Shown: positions 43,951-56,600 of the stretch, piece by piece
How the letters are laid out: each line of letters starts with the position of its first letter
Numbering within the stretch: the first letter of the stretch is position 1
From: Haliotis cracherodii
Taxonomy: Eukaryota
Length of the DNA: 64,000 bases
Direction of reading: 5' to 3'
Assembly (NCBI RefSeq): GCF_022045235.1
Contig: NW_027266297.1
Coordinates: forward strand, 70,060,001 to 70,124,000
The notes under the pieces: model-generated
Told to the model about the DNA's origin: nothing
The model's input: only the letters and a program-made list of their open reading frames with translations
The model's database searches: none
Made by a program: the position numbers and the translations under genes

Positions 43951-46718
43951 AGTAATACGTTTCCACTTGTTATACCGAGGCTGTTGTCTCCCACAACTGC
44001 TCTTATAGCGAAATCTACCAGAGATCTCGATTACCTCATGCAGCACGTGCGTAGCCACCTCAGCTGCCATGTGACACCTTTCACTCTTGTCTCTAGCGAG
44101 AGCAAGTGCTTGGGGGACCAGCGGAAGTAAACAACAAGGCGGAAGCACTCGGTGCGCATGCTCCCAGCTTGGCGTTAACCCTAACGTTAAACGGCCTCAC
44201 TGGATAGGTATTTCATCGCCGCAGCAGAGGAGAACACAGTATCCGTGTGAGCTAAATCATATACATGTGTATGACTGCGTTGATCACTGCCTCGAACTCG
44301 AGGCAATTGATGTGAAGACCTAGTTCATCTCACCTCCCCCTCTAGATGGGCGCCCCAACCCACTAGAGAGGCATCTGTATACAGGTTCAACGTGGCCTGG
44401 AAGGCCCGCATAGAGACTTCTGATAAGACATTGCAAGGGACCGTCCACCCCTCCAGATGCGGTCGGAGCTGATCTGGGAGGATGACGGACGCACTGTTCT
44501 CCTCCTGTGCTAACAACTGGATTAGAAACCGTTGCCGCGGGCCGAGTTGGAGACAACCCCGTTCGGTGCAGTCCTGGGCTGACACAAGTAACCATAACAA
44601 CTGTTCCCAAAAGTGAACCGTCTGTTGCACCGCTAAGACTTTGGCAATCATCACCTGAATCTTGTGCCACCGGTCTGGGGGGACAAAGAGGCGATGGGTC
44701 ACTGTGTGTGAACTGACCTCCGATGAACTTCAAGTTCTGTGAGGGGGTTAACTCGCTCTTGGGAAGATTGACAATCCACCCCAATTGCTCCAAGAGCCGA
44801 AGGGCGAGACAGCACGTCCGTCATCCGATTCGCCACTAGCGAGTCGTCTAGGGAGCAGACGATAGGCGGAATGGGAGTGCCACCCACTCGTAATGCCTGC
44901 CTTGAAAGACAAACCTAATGGTCCGGAACATGCAGATAAGCATCCTTCAGGTCGATCGATGCGAGCCAGTCGGCGTGCATGATCAGAGCTTTCCGGTCTG
45001 CCAAGGTCAACATTCTGAACTTGGCCGGCTTGTCCAGGTAAAACTCGTTGAATGACTTCAGATTGCGAACCATTCTGATTTTGGCACTGTCCTTCTTGGG
45101 AACGAGAAATATCCTGGAGTTAAACCCCGGTGTTATTTCTGGTAGGGCTAACTCCCGTACCGCCCTCTTCTCCACCAACCTGCCGATAAGGAAAGATCGG
45201 TTTCCGAACAGAAACCTTCCAACGGGGCGGCGGATCTGCTTTGAGATCTAGCCGATAGCCGTACTGGATCGTGTTGACCACCCATGGGTCGTCGAACACT
45301 TGTTCCCAGTTCTCCCAGTAAGTCTGGAGGCTCCCACCGGGGAAGGAGAGGGGGGCCTGACAGGCTGCGGCAGGCACAACTGTCCAGGGCCAAGTTGACG
45401 CTGCCGGCATATGAACCCCTCCAGTGAGAGTCACCTGGAGGAGCCCTTGCCGTCCCCCAGTTCCCCTTCTTCCGACGAAAGGGCTGCTGATAGCCCTTAC
45501 CGGAGCCCTCAGGGCTGGGCTTCTTCCCGGAAGAAGGTCCCGACCCCTTAGACTTGCCGGCTGCAGCTTAGGGGCAGCACCCAGGCGTCTATGCAGGGTG
45601 CCAACAAAGATCGAGTGTGTGCCGAGAGGCTTCGGCAGACGAAGAAGCCTGTTGTTCTTTCAGAACCCCAGGGAACTTATTGTTAAAAAGGGTCCACGCA
45701 GACCAAGGCTGCGAAAGGAGCACTTCCTGGTTGGCAGCGTCCAACCCCGAAGCGGCAAGATACGCTTGGTGCCTCAGAAAATGGCACGTGCCTGAAAGAA
45801 AGGCTGAAGCCCCGGCAACGTACTCAAGGGTAGCATTAAACCGAGCAAGCAGTTGTAAATGCGCTGGTCTCGGTCCATGGGAAAACCTTCGACCAGACTG
45901 GCCGCTGCAGCCAAGTACGTGTCTCCGTGAGATATGGCAAGCATGGAGCGCTGAGCGAGGGTGTCCAACTGCTGCAAGGTTGATGCGGGGAAAGCCATGT
46001 CAGAAGACTCCTCGAATACCTCGGCTGAACCCACAGAGCCGTGGATTCCCCGCGGTACCGGCAGGGGCTTAGGCATGTCCTCAAAGAGGGCATATACCAT
46101 AGCCACGCGGTCCATAACCGATAGCGGGAGCAACGGTTCGGGGGAAGGACCAGTGACCACGGAAGCCTAAACCGTACCGGTGGACTCTGCAGCCACCGAA
46201 GAGGCTGGGGATGGAACAGCCATCGGCCTATCCTGAGATAAGGCCGCCAGCTTGGGAGTCCACAAGTTGAGAAAGTAAATGCTGTGACGGAATCCCCGGA
46301 CAGCCCAAGGGCCGCAAAGGTATCCGCCGCAGCCATGGAGGTGGTACCCGCAAGGGGACCCCGACTGGACAAGCCGGCCACAAGGGTGGAAACAGACTTC
46401 ACGTACAGCCTGTAGCGCTCGAACGCCTCAGGCCCCAGACCCTTGCACAGGGCGCACCGGGTGTCCCCGCAAGGAACCCTGAACCGCGGGCAATGATCGT
46501 GGAGATCCCGAGAAGAGAGGAATTTACAGCATGCCCCCGCAACTCCTGGTTGCAGGGGTGGAGGACGGTGAGACTTCCAAGAGTGAAGGGTGTCACATGG
46601 CAGCTGAGGTGGCTACGCACATGCTGCATGAGGTAATTGTGATCTCTGCGGTAGATTTCGCTATAAGAGTAGTTGTGGGAGACAACAGCCTCAGTATAAC
46701 AAGTTGTAACGTATTACT
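43951..46718 (-). mobile_element. Degenerate, internally deleted DIRS1-like (tyrosine-recombinase class) retrotransposon
   Basis: ~140-bp inverted terminal repeats at 43951-44089 and 46578-46718. Minus-strand remnants of a gag-like region (~46400-45500), RT (GGSLQTYWENW..DPWVVNTIQYGY; GFNSRIFLVPKKD..RMVRNLKSFNEF; WLASIDLKDAYLHVP; SLDD in place of YLDD) and RNase H (LYTDASLVGWGAHL). Frameshifted; no YR ORF seen. Confidence 0.88.
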
Positions 46719-49683
46719 TAATGTAATTTAACCATTCATGAGGGACATATAATCTGTAATTTCTCACAGTTCATTCTCTGAATAAGGTATCGTCAATCCC
46801 GATAACTGCCAAATGTATAGAACAGATATGATCACCATCTGAACCCACACGTCAGTGCGTGTCAAGCCACATATTTCCAAATCACCAACCCTGAGAAGAT
46901 CAGGGCGAGAACTGGTCTTCAGCAACCCATGCTTGTAGTATGAGGCGACTAATGAGGTCAGGTGATCAGGCGGTCAGGCTCGCTGACTTGATTGATGCAT
47001 GTCATCGTATCCCAATTGCGTGGATTGATGTCGGTAACTGGATTTACCAACTGCCGTCATATAGCTGGAATAATTCCGAATGCGATGTTGACAAAAGACC
47101 ACGCAACCAACCAGCAAAAGTCCACATTTTAAAATAAATTGTTACATCACTGTTACATGCCAAAGATAGACGTTATTTTGTTCATTTGTTGGTAAGCAAG
47201 TCCCAGCGGCCTTTTAGGATACCTACCTTGGGGCGGTGAGATAGTGTTACCACAGCTGGTATTATCATTATTATGATGATGTAGTTTCACAGTGATTGTT
47301 TTGTACATATTCGTTGTACTTCCCAGATGATATGTACATACTTATTGTTCAAATGTATATATTTTCCAGAATAAAATATTGACAATACCAATACAAATGT
47401 GCACAGTATTTTTTTTTTTTAATATATATACAGAACATTGTATCATGACATGAAAAACAAATGGTAGCTTTAACATACACAACACAGAAACACAAGAATA
47501 CGCAAATATATGTGGAGCTACAATGAGTGTGTGACTAGTTGCCATGGTTACTGCTCAGTCAATAGTGCTGTAAAATTATATGACCTAGATCATACGTAGT
47601 AAAATAGTAGTTATACATATCAAACTTTTTTCCCCGTTATATTTTTCGGTATGTTTTAACGTAATCACCGGAAAATATAAGAAAACTTGTGTACAGCTGA
47701 TTGCTATTTCCGGCTTTGTTTACAAAACAATACACACGGTAATCTTAACCCGTGCATTTTAAACCATGCCTAGAACCATCATGTTAAGTGATGCTTTAAT
47801 TGCAAATTTTCATTGACAAAGTTTGTTATAGCGTTGTTCATTCACCTGAAGTGATACAATGAAGTTGTTTTTTACCAACAAGATTTTGATGAAATTGTAA
47901 CCTTTACATAGGCCGACCCCTTCCTACAAAATATTTTCTCTTGTCCTCAAAATCTGGCTTATCTACGGTCATATATGGTATTGAGAATAACTGGAAGTAT
48001 CACTGCTTTATCCTAACTAGAGTCATCAACTTGACCTTTACCAAGTTCAACACTGCTTGACAGCTCTTGGTCAGTTCACATTCATCTTAGAGACTTAAGA
48101 CATGTGCTGATTGAATAACAGTATGCAAATGACAAAGAATCCACATTTATTTGTTTATTTATGAGTCAGGGTGAAATAACGGATGCTGTGATAAAAGCCA
48201 ATTACATTACAATTACAAAACCGAAATAACAGAAAATAGTGCCAAGGGTACTGTAGTTCACCTGGACATGGAGTGAACAGTTTTAAATGTCAACAAAGAT
48301 GCAGTTGAAGAAACTACAATGTCAACATGAGGAACATACATGCCACAGTTCAGCCTCTTGTCAGTTTCAGGAGAGAGGTTGACAGAGCCAATATATCATG
48401 CCTTTGACAGAATATAAGAGAATGGTCAAAATTTGGTCAATTTTTAAGACATTGCAAAAACATTGAACATGTCTGTTGAGCCCCACTACTAACTACACAC
48501 ACCAAATTTCATTCCATTTTGAGAAGAAAGGGCTGAGTAACAGACACAGAGGTGTCTGGATAGAGCTGGCCATATAGAACTTTGGATTCCAGCATGGTCA
48601 ACATGCAAAGTAAAAAATCAAAGTTCAGCATTTGTGTTGAGCCAACTACTAGTTACACAATTTACTTACATTCTGAACAGAAATGGCAGAGTAATGGCCA
48701 TATGTAGTTTCAGCTTTCAGTGTGGTTGAAGTGCAAAAGTCAAATCTACGTCATAATTTACAAAAAAGGAAACATATATGTCAGCTTAATGTGGGAGGAA
48801 AGCTTGAAGTGATGCAGGCCTCAGACGTTTACCACTTCGGTGAAACCCACAAGCACGGGTATGGTGCTGACAAACCTAGAAACATCATTGGGCCGAACCG
48901 GGATTCGAACCATTAATCATAGGTTTCTGGCGTGCCCAAGGGACACAACTCATAGCGAATTGTGGTGCCTTAGACGACTGGGCAATGGAGTTAACTGACT
49001 GTACATGTCCAGTTACCACCCTTGCAAAACTAGGCTGGGATTATGGAGTTATAGTTTGGCTGGACTAACGAGTCTATCCATAGTCCTATCAAAATCACCT
49101 AACAAAATTGACATCCGGATATAAACAACATGGATTTCAATATGCAGATTTCGGTTGACTGCAGGATTTGCAAAGCATGTGTACTGCCAACTGGGCGTTG
49201 ACATATATTTTCCAAATCTTGTCATGTTTTTAATCAAGTTTCTCAAATGATTTGATATACTTCGTGAGGTAAGACCCGTTTTGTGACAATATAGATCTTG
49301 ATTGATCGTTTTGTTTGGGTGCCGCCATTTTGTTAGAAGCAAATGCAAATGATAAGAGAAGTGGAATCTGACTGGTCAACAGGAGGGACATAGAAGGAAC
49401 ATAACTCGAAATAACCACTGGTGGTGCTACGATCAAGCACAGATCTTCCAGCATAGTTTGGCAAGGGTGGAAACTGGACTTTTAAAGTCAGTTAACTCTC
49501 TTGCCTCGCGAAGATGCAGGAAGATGACTGTGGTATATATTCAGCCAGGTTGATGCAGCATCAGTGCACATGTAAACACACAAAGTATGGCATACAGTGG
49601 CTGATTTTATCCTTGCAGGTGATACATAGTATATCAGCAAGTCCGTACTACACAGCGTTACTTTCCTACTCCCAAGACTTTAT

Positions 49684-50174
49684 CAATCTCATTAAAATCA
49701 GATCTTAGTTCTTGCTCTCGCTAAACAAAGATCTGAGGACATCCCATTACGGGTCACGTCAGACTGACCTTTCATCTAACCAATCAGAGCGTCGCTTACC
49801 AGATCATGAAAGTGACAGTCGGAATGTGTTTTCTAATCATTCAACAACGAAATATTTAACATGGGGTATTCCGAACGACAGTTACGGGTTTTATGATTAT
49901 ATCCATTACAATCTAGGCCATCTATAAGCCATTCCAGAATGTTCTTCTTATTAGCTTTAAATTTTTTAATCAATAATACATAGTCGCCAATTTGAAACTA
50001 GTGTCGTAAAGCTCGAGAAAGCTGCCTTCTGATTGGCTAAATTCGATTTCTTGTCAGTCATTTCATTAGTCGGTCAAAATTCGCGAAAGGTCATTCTGAC
50101 GTGACCCATAATTGTATGTCCTCAGATCTTTGTTTAGCGGTAGTGAAAACTAAGATCTGACTTTAATGAGATTG
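49684..50174. mobile_element. MITE family 2 with ~80-bp TIRs and 9-10-bp TSD (Mutator-like)
   Basis: CAATCTCATTAAAATCAGATCTTAG...GGGTCACGTCAGA and its inverse. Flanks are AAGACTTTAT and GAGACTTTAT. Confidence 0.8.
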
Positions 50175-50680
50175 GAGACTTTATCATCATCATCATATTG
50201 TGGATGGCCGAAGCCTCTTATGCAGTCTTTCTAAGTGTGCAATGAAGCACCCTGACTGGCTGGCCACTGAACCGTGTGTGTTCCTAGGTTTATACTAGAA
50301 AAGACAATAAATATTTTGAGTCGGAACAATCAACTACTGGCTGCTTTATCCTATTTATCAATTGTTATTCAGCTAAGCAAAGTGACATACACAAAAACTA
50401 TACATGGAACTGTTTATTTTAACCAACCAAACAACACATTTCTTAATTTATTAATCCATTTGCCAAACACGATGACCAACATTACTGGTACCCAACTTTC
50501 AGCGGTAGTTTCTGTGGTTGCTTGGCGAGACTCCACGCCCTCATCCCTGGTCAACAGAATGTTTTTCCTTCATGGTGTAAGAGCAGATCTGTTGAACTAC
50601 CACACTGTTACATCTCCATTTATCCGTATCTCTCACACAGCCACAGAGTAAAGCAGTCCCCTTGATCCACACCCCGATCT

Positions 50681-53600
50681 TCACCTGCCATCGATGTGCT
50701 TATCCCGGGCAATAACAGATTCATCAAATTTGATCATGAAGGTGGTCCCCTTGTGCCAGTGGACGGTGACCTTGGCAGGCTGAAACAGAGAGCCTCATTC
50801 TGGAACTGACAAGCTTTCACGTCCGGATCAGATGTCAGTAACTACGGATTCCAGATATAAAACAGTCATCAGGAGATGACATATCCTGCTGTTCTGGTGT
50901 AATTCGGAAATGGAGTTTGGCTACTAATACCCCACTTTTATTTCTTTGCCAATTTGATACCTTCAGTTCAGTGAAGAAAAAGATAAAGCTGTTCAGTATT
51001 TTTCAAAATCCAAAATCATCAAAAGGTGCCAGTTCACCACTAGACTGATCTGCATAGAAAGTTTCAACAAGAAATATTTAACAGTTCTGGAGTCCGGCTG
51101 ACGGACATGGTGATTGCAATATCCCCCTTTTTTAAACAACAATAAAACAAAACGTCCATTATTTCCAATCCTAAACTCAAAAGTTCTGCTCAGGTACGAT
51201 TACTGTACGTTTTAGGCCTGATAATTCATAACATTCATAAAGGCAAAAAGAAAGCACTCACAAAATTTGCCCCATTTAATACTGCTTCCAGGATCCCAGC
51301 TGTAAATGCTGCACAGTTCAAGTTGCCTGCAACACAAAGTCACAGTCAGATCCACGGATACCTGGATAACACACCATCACACACTGATTGTCAACACATC
51401 CCCTCTCAACCTCACAAAGTCACAGTCAGATCCATGGATATCTGGACAACACACCATCACACACTGATTGTCAACACATCCCCTCTCAACCTCACAAAGT
51501 CACAGTCTGATCCATGAATACCTGGACAACACACCATCACACACTGATTGTCAACACATCCCCTCTCAACCTCACAAAGTCACAGTCAGATCCATGGATA
51601 CCTGGACAACACACCATCACACACTGATTGTCAACACATCCCCTCTCAACCTCACAAAGTCACAGTCAGATCCATGGATATCTGGACAACACACCATCAC
51701 ACACTGATTGTCATCACATCCCCTCTCAACCTCACAAAGTCACAGTCAGATCCATAGATACCTGGACAACACACCATCACACACTGATTGTCATCACATC
51801 CCCTCTCAACCTCACAAAGTCACAGTCTGATCCATGGATACCTGGACAACACAACATCACACACTGATTCTCAACACATCCCCTCTCAACCTCACAAAGT
51901 CACAGTCAGATCCACGGATACCTGGACAACACAACATCACACACTGATTGTCATCACATCCCCTCTCAACCTCACAAAGTCACAGTCTGATCCACGGATA
52001 CCTGGACAACACAACATCACACACTGATTGTCAACACATCCCCTCTCAACCTCACAAAGTCACAGTCAGATCCACGGATACCTGGACAACACAACATCAC
52101 ACACTGATTCTCAACACATCCCCTCTCAACCTCACAAAGTCACAGTCAGATCCACGGATACCTGGACAACACAACATCACACACTGATTGTCAACACATC
52201 CCCTCTCAACCTCACAAAGTCACAGTCTGATCCATGGATACCTGGACAACACACCATCACACACTGATTCTCAACACATCCCCTCTCAACCTCACAAAGT
52301 CACAGTCAGATCCACGGATACCTGGACAACACACCATCACACACTGATTCTCAACACATCCCCTCTCAACCTCACAGTCAGATCCATGGATACCTGGACA
52401 ACACACCATCACACACTGATTGTCAACACATTCCCTCTCAACCTCACAAAGTCACAGTCAGATCCACGGATACCTGGACAACACACCATCACACACTGAT
52501 TGTCAACACATCCCCTCTCAACCTCACAGTCAGATCCATGGATACCTGGACAACACACCATCACACACTGATTGTCAACACATTCCCTCTCAACCTCACA
52601 GTCAGATCCATGGATACCTGGACAACACACCATCACACACTGATTGTCAACACATCCCCTCTCAACCTCACAGTCAGATCCATGGATACCTGGACAACAC
52701 ACCATCACACACTGATTGTCAACACATCCCCTCTCAACCTCACAGTCAGATCCATGGATACCTGGACAACACACCATCACACACTGATTCTCAACACATG
52801 CCCTTCTCAACCTCACAAAGTCACAGTCAGATCCACGGTTACCCAAAGACTATAAGCATATGAACTGCTCATCCCAAGTGTGTGTCTAAGTTACCTTTAT
52901 CTTTAGGTACCGATATGAACTTGTTCACCATAGACTCCTTTTCTATTATATAATCTGTCAGAGGATTAAGGAAGGAGTTGAGATCGGATTAACAATGTGA
53001 TTAAGGAGAAACCAATAACCATTGAATAGAGGATACTCTATAAGTCTTAATGACATACTATGTTTACGGCACGAGTGTCGTAAACATAGTATGACATGAA
53101 CACAAATATAATGTTCTATTTTTAACAGTGGCTATTTGAGTGTTTACCTATAAGGACAGCAACATCAGTGGAACCACAATTTGTCGAATGACGTCAACAA
53201 TGCCGTCCAGATGACAGAAACAATACACTGTTTTCTCATGACATGATTTTTATTAACCCCAATATATTTGCCCTCGTAGGTAATAAATCTTCATATTTAA
53301 CCTTGTGGAAATTCCTTTCAGATTATAAAGTTCTGGTTTTGTGGTATAATCTTATTGTTTCCATCCCTGACTAAAACCTGACAACCCTGCGCCAACACAG
53401 AAGAAGGATACATGTTCTCTCGTCATCGTTGGCATGCTCCAGTTTGTCAGCCTCCTTTCCAAATAACGTCTGTAACAAGTAAAGATACAGATTATTGATA
53501 GGAACTGAAGAGCCATAGTGGAAGGTCCAGATGCTGACAGTGGGACATATGTCCAGTCTGTAGAATCAGTTCACTGCATTTAACATAGCCACCAGAAAGA

Positions 53601-56600
53601 GCTACATTTCTAAGTTATCACATAGCAGCATATAAAGGTAATATCACCATGCTTTCTCCATGGCAAATAACAGAGTTTGAGACAGGTAAAACTGAACATG
53701 GCATCTGCCATATGTTATCCATATTGCAGTAACAAAACAGATACAATCATATCTAGACAGTTACATGATTCACACAAACACAGATATACTCAAGGTACAG
53801 TTATAGGATCCCAGCACAAGTTTCACATTCTGTGAACTGCCAAAGTCTCGGCATGGTTGTACATTTTGCAGCTGGATATGCCACCTCATCACATCTAACC
53901 ACAACACATTGAAGGAAATCGTGTTTGTCGGCCGGCTGAACGCAAGATCCTGTTATATACGGGATACAAGTGATGGCAGCAGTTCACACAGAAGGCATTT
54001 GCAAACAAGAGTTGAAGGTGAGACCTAGACCCTAGCAAACTGGTGGACAAGAACAACTGACTGGTGAGCTGGACTGACCTTCCAGACATTGGACTTGATG
54101 AAGATGAGCATCTGCAGCAGCTTGATTTCGCGCTTGAATCCTTTCTCACGGAGAAAGAGGACGTCAAGCAGATGGGATCCAACATGCTGGCCTAACTCTG
54201 CAAGTCTGTGGAGGAGGAAACAAGAAATAGATCATAGTCCTCCGCTTCCCACTCTACTGGTCCACCTCCCACTCTACCGGTCCACCTCCCACTCTACCGG
54301 TCCACCTCCCACTCTACCGGTCCACCTCCCACACTACTGGTCCACCTCCCATTCTACTGGTCCACCTCCCACTCTACTGGTCCACCTCTCACTCTACTGG
54401 TCCACCTCCGATTCTACTGGTCCACCTCCCACTCTACTGGTCCACCTCCCACACTACTGGTCCACCTCCCACTCTACTGGTCCACCTCCCATTCTACTGG
54501 TCCACCTCTCACTCTACTGGTCCACCTCCCACTCTACTGGTCCACCTCTCGCTCTACTGGTCCACCTCCCGCTCTACTGGTCCACCTCTCGCTCTACTGG
54601 TCCACCTCCCCCTCCACTGGTCCACCTCCCACTCTACTGGTCCACCTCCCACTCTACTGGTCCACTTCCACTCTACCGGTCCACCTTCCACTCTACCGGT
54701 CCACCTCCCACTCTACTGGTCCACCTCCCACACTACTGGTCTACCTCCCCCTCTACTGGTCCACCTCTCAATCTACTGGTCCATCTCTCACTCCACTGGT
54801 CCACCTCCCGCTCTACTGGTCCACCTCCCCCTTCACTGGTCCACCTCCCTCTCCAATGGTCCACCTTTCACTCCAATGGTCCACCTTTCACTCCACTGGT
54901 CCACCTCCCACGCTACTGGTCCACCTCCCCCTCCACTGGTCCATCTCCCTCTCCAATGGTCCACCTTTCACTCCACTGGTCCACCTCCCACGCTACTGGT
55001 CCACCTCCTGCTCTACTGATCCTGCTCTACTGGTCCACTTCCCCTTCTACTGAACCACCCCCTGCTCTACTGATCCGCCCCTACTCTACTTGTCCTCCTC
55101 CCACTCTACTGGTCCTCCTCCCTCTCCAATGGCCCACCTCCCACTCCACTTCCCCCTCCATTGGTCCCTCTCTACTGGTCCACTTCCCCTTCTACTGAAC
55201 CACCCCCTGCTCTACTGATCCGCCCCTACTCTACTTGTCCTCCTCCCACTCTACTGGTCCACTTCCACTCTACCGGTCCACCTTCCACTCTACCGGTCCA
55301 CCTCCCACTCTACTGGTCCACCTCCCACACTACTGGTCTACCTCCCCCTCTACTGGTCCACCTCTCAATCTACTGGTCCATCTCTCACTCCACTGGTCCA
55401 CCTCCCGCTCTACTGGTCCACCTCCCCCTTCACTGGTCCACCTCCCTCTCCAATGGTCCACCTTTCACTCCAATGGTCCACCTTTCACTCCACTGGTCCA
55501 CCTCCCACGCTACTGGTCCACCTCCCCCTCCACTGGTCCATCTCCCTCTCCAATGGTCCACCTTTCACTCCACTGGTCCACCTCCCACGCTACTGGTCCA
55601 CCTCCTGCTCTACTGATCCTGCTCTACTGGTCCACTTCCCCTTCTACTGAACCACCCCCTGCTCTACTGATCCGCCCCTACTCTACTTGTCCTCCTCCCA
55701 CTCTACTGGTCCTCCTCCCTCTCCAATGGCCCACCTCCCACTCCAATAGTCCACCTCCCACTCCACTTCCCCCTCCATTGGTCCCTCTCTACTGGTCCAC
55801 TTCCCCTTCTACTGAACCACCCCCTGCTCTACTGATCCGCCCCTACTCTACTTGTCCTCCTCCCACTCTACTGGTCCTCCTCCCTCTCCAATGGCCCACC
55901 TCCCACTCCAATGGTCCACCTCCCTCTCTACTGGTCCACCTCCCACTAAACTGGTCCATCCCAGCTCCTGCTATATACTCACTTGTTCTGGAGCTCAGGC
56001 ACAGTGTAGACTCTGTTCTGACAATACTGGACGATCTCAGAGAACAGCAGTGCAAAGGTTGCGATATTCACCTGAAACAGATATACAAATGCATAAAACA
56101 TACAAATAAAAACATTTTCAACAGAAATATACATATCAGTATATATGTCAGTATAGATCTGAAACTATAAATATTCTAAAACAGTATAATACAGACACAT
56201 GGTAAAGAGCCTGGAGGGTCTGAACGGTAATGTCCACCCATCCATCAATCAACATCCGCCATACAGTGGCTACATCCACCCTGCTCTGCACATATCTCCA
56301 TGAAAACATAGCAGCTGGGTTTGGGTTTTATTGATTCAAAATACCACTTTTATCCATAGAAATGAGAACAATGAACATCGACTTGGTGGATCCCATCTTG
56401 TTTATGATGGATTGCTTTTTAGAAACTGGAAAGCTTTGTATAAGCATGTTCGAAAGAAGAATAAGAAATGCAAAGTGTGAGATAGGATGAGTGTAAAATT
56501 GGGCGTCATACATTGTTCCTATGAGGGATTTGAACCCAAGTCTTTGGCGTGACAAGCAATGCATCAAAGGGAACAGGACAGAGCTCCAGATAAGTTGTTG

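Noticed and set aside
50681-50683. TGA stops of TRAPPC5 (also FBXO32, GPX7 and CDC20) as possible Sec codons
   Set aside because: Each coincides with the conserved family C-terminus (DGR, LFSL, HEEL, IR), and I noticed no SECIS downstream.
54089-56170. Pro/His-rich 369-aa and 311-aa plus-strand ORFs
   Set aside because: Products of the 20-bp C-rich minisatellite on the antisense strand of a TRAPPC5 intron.
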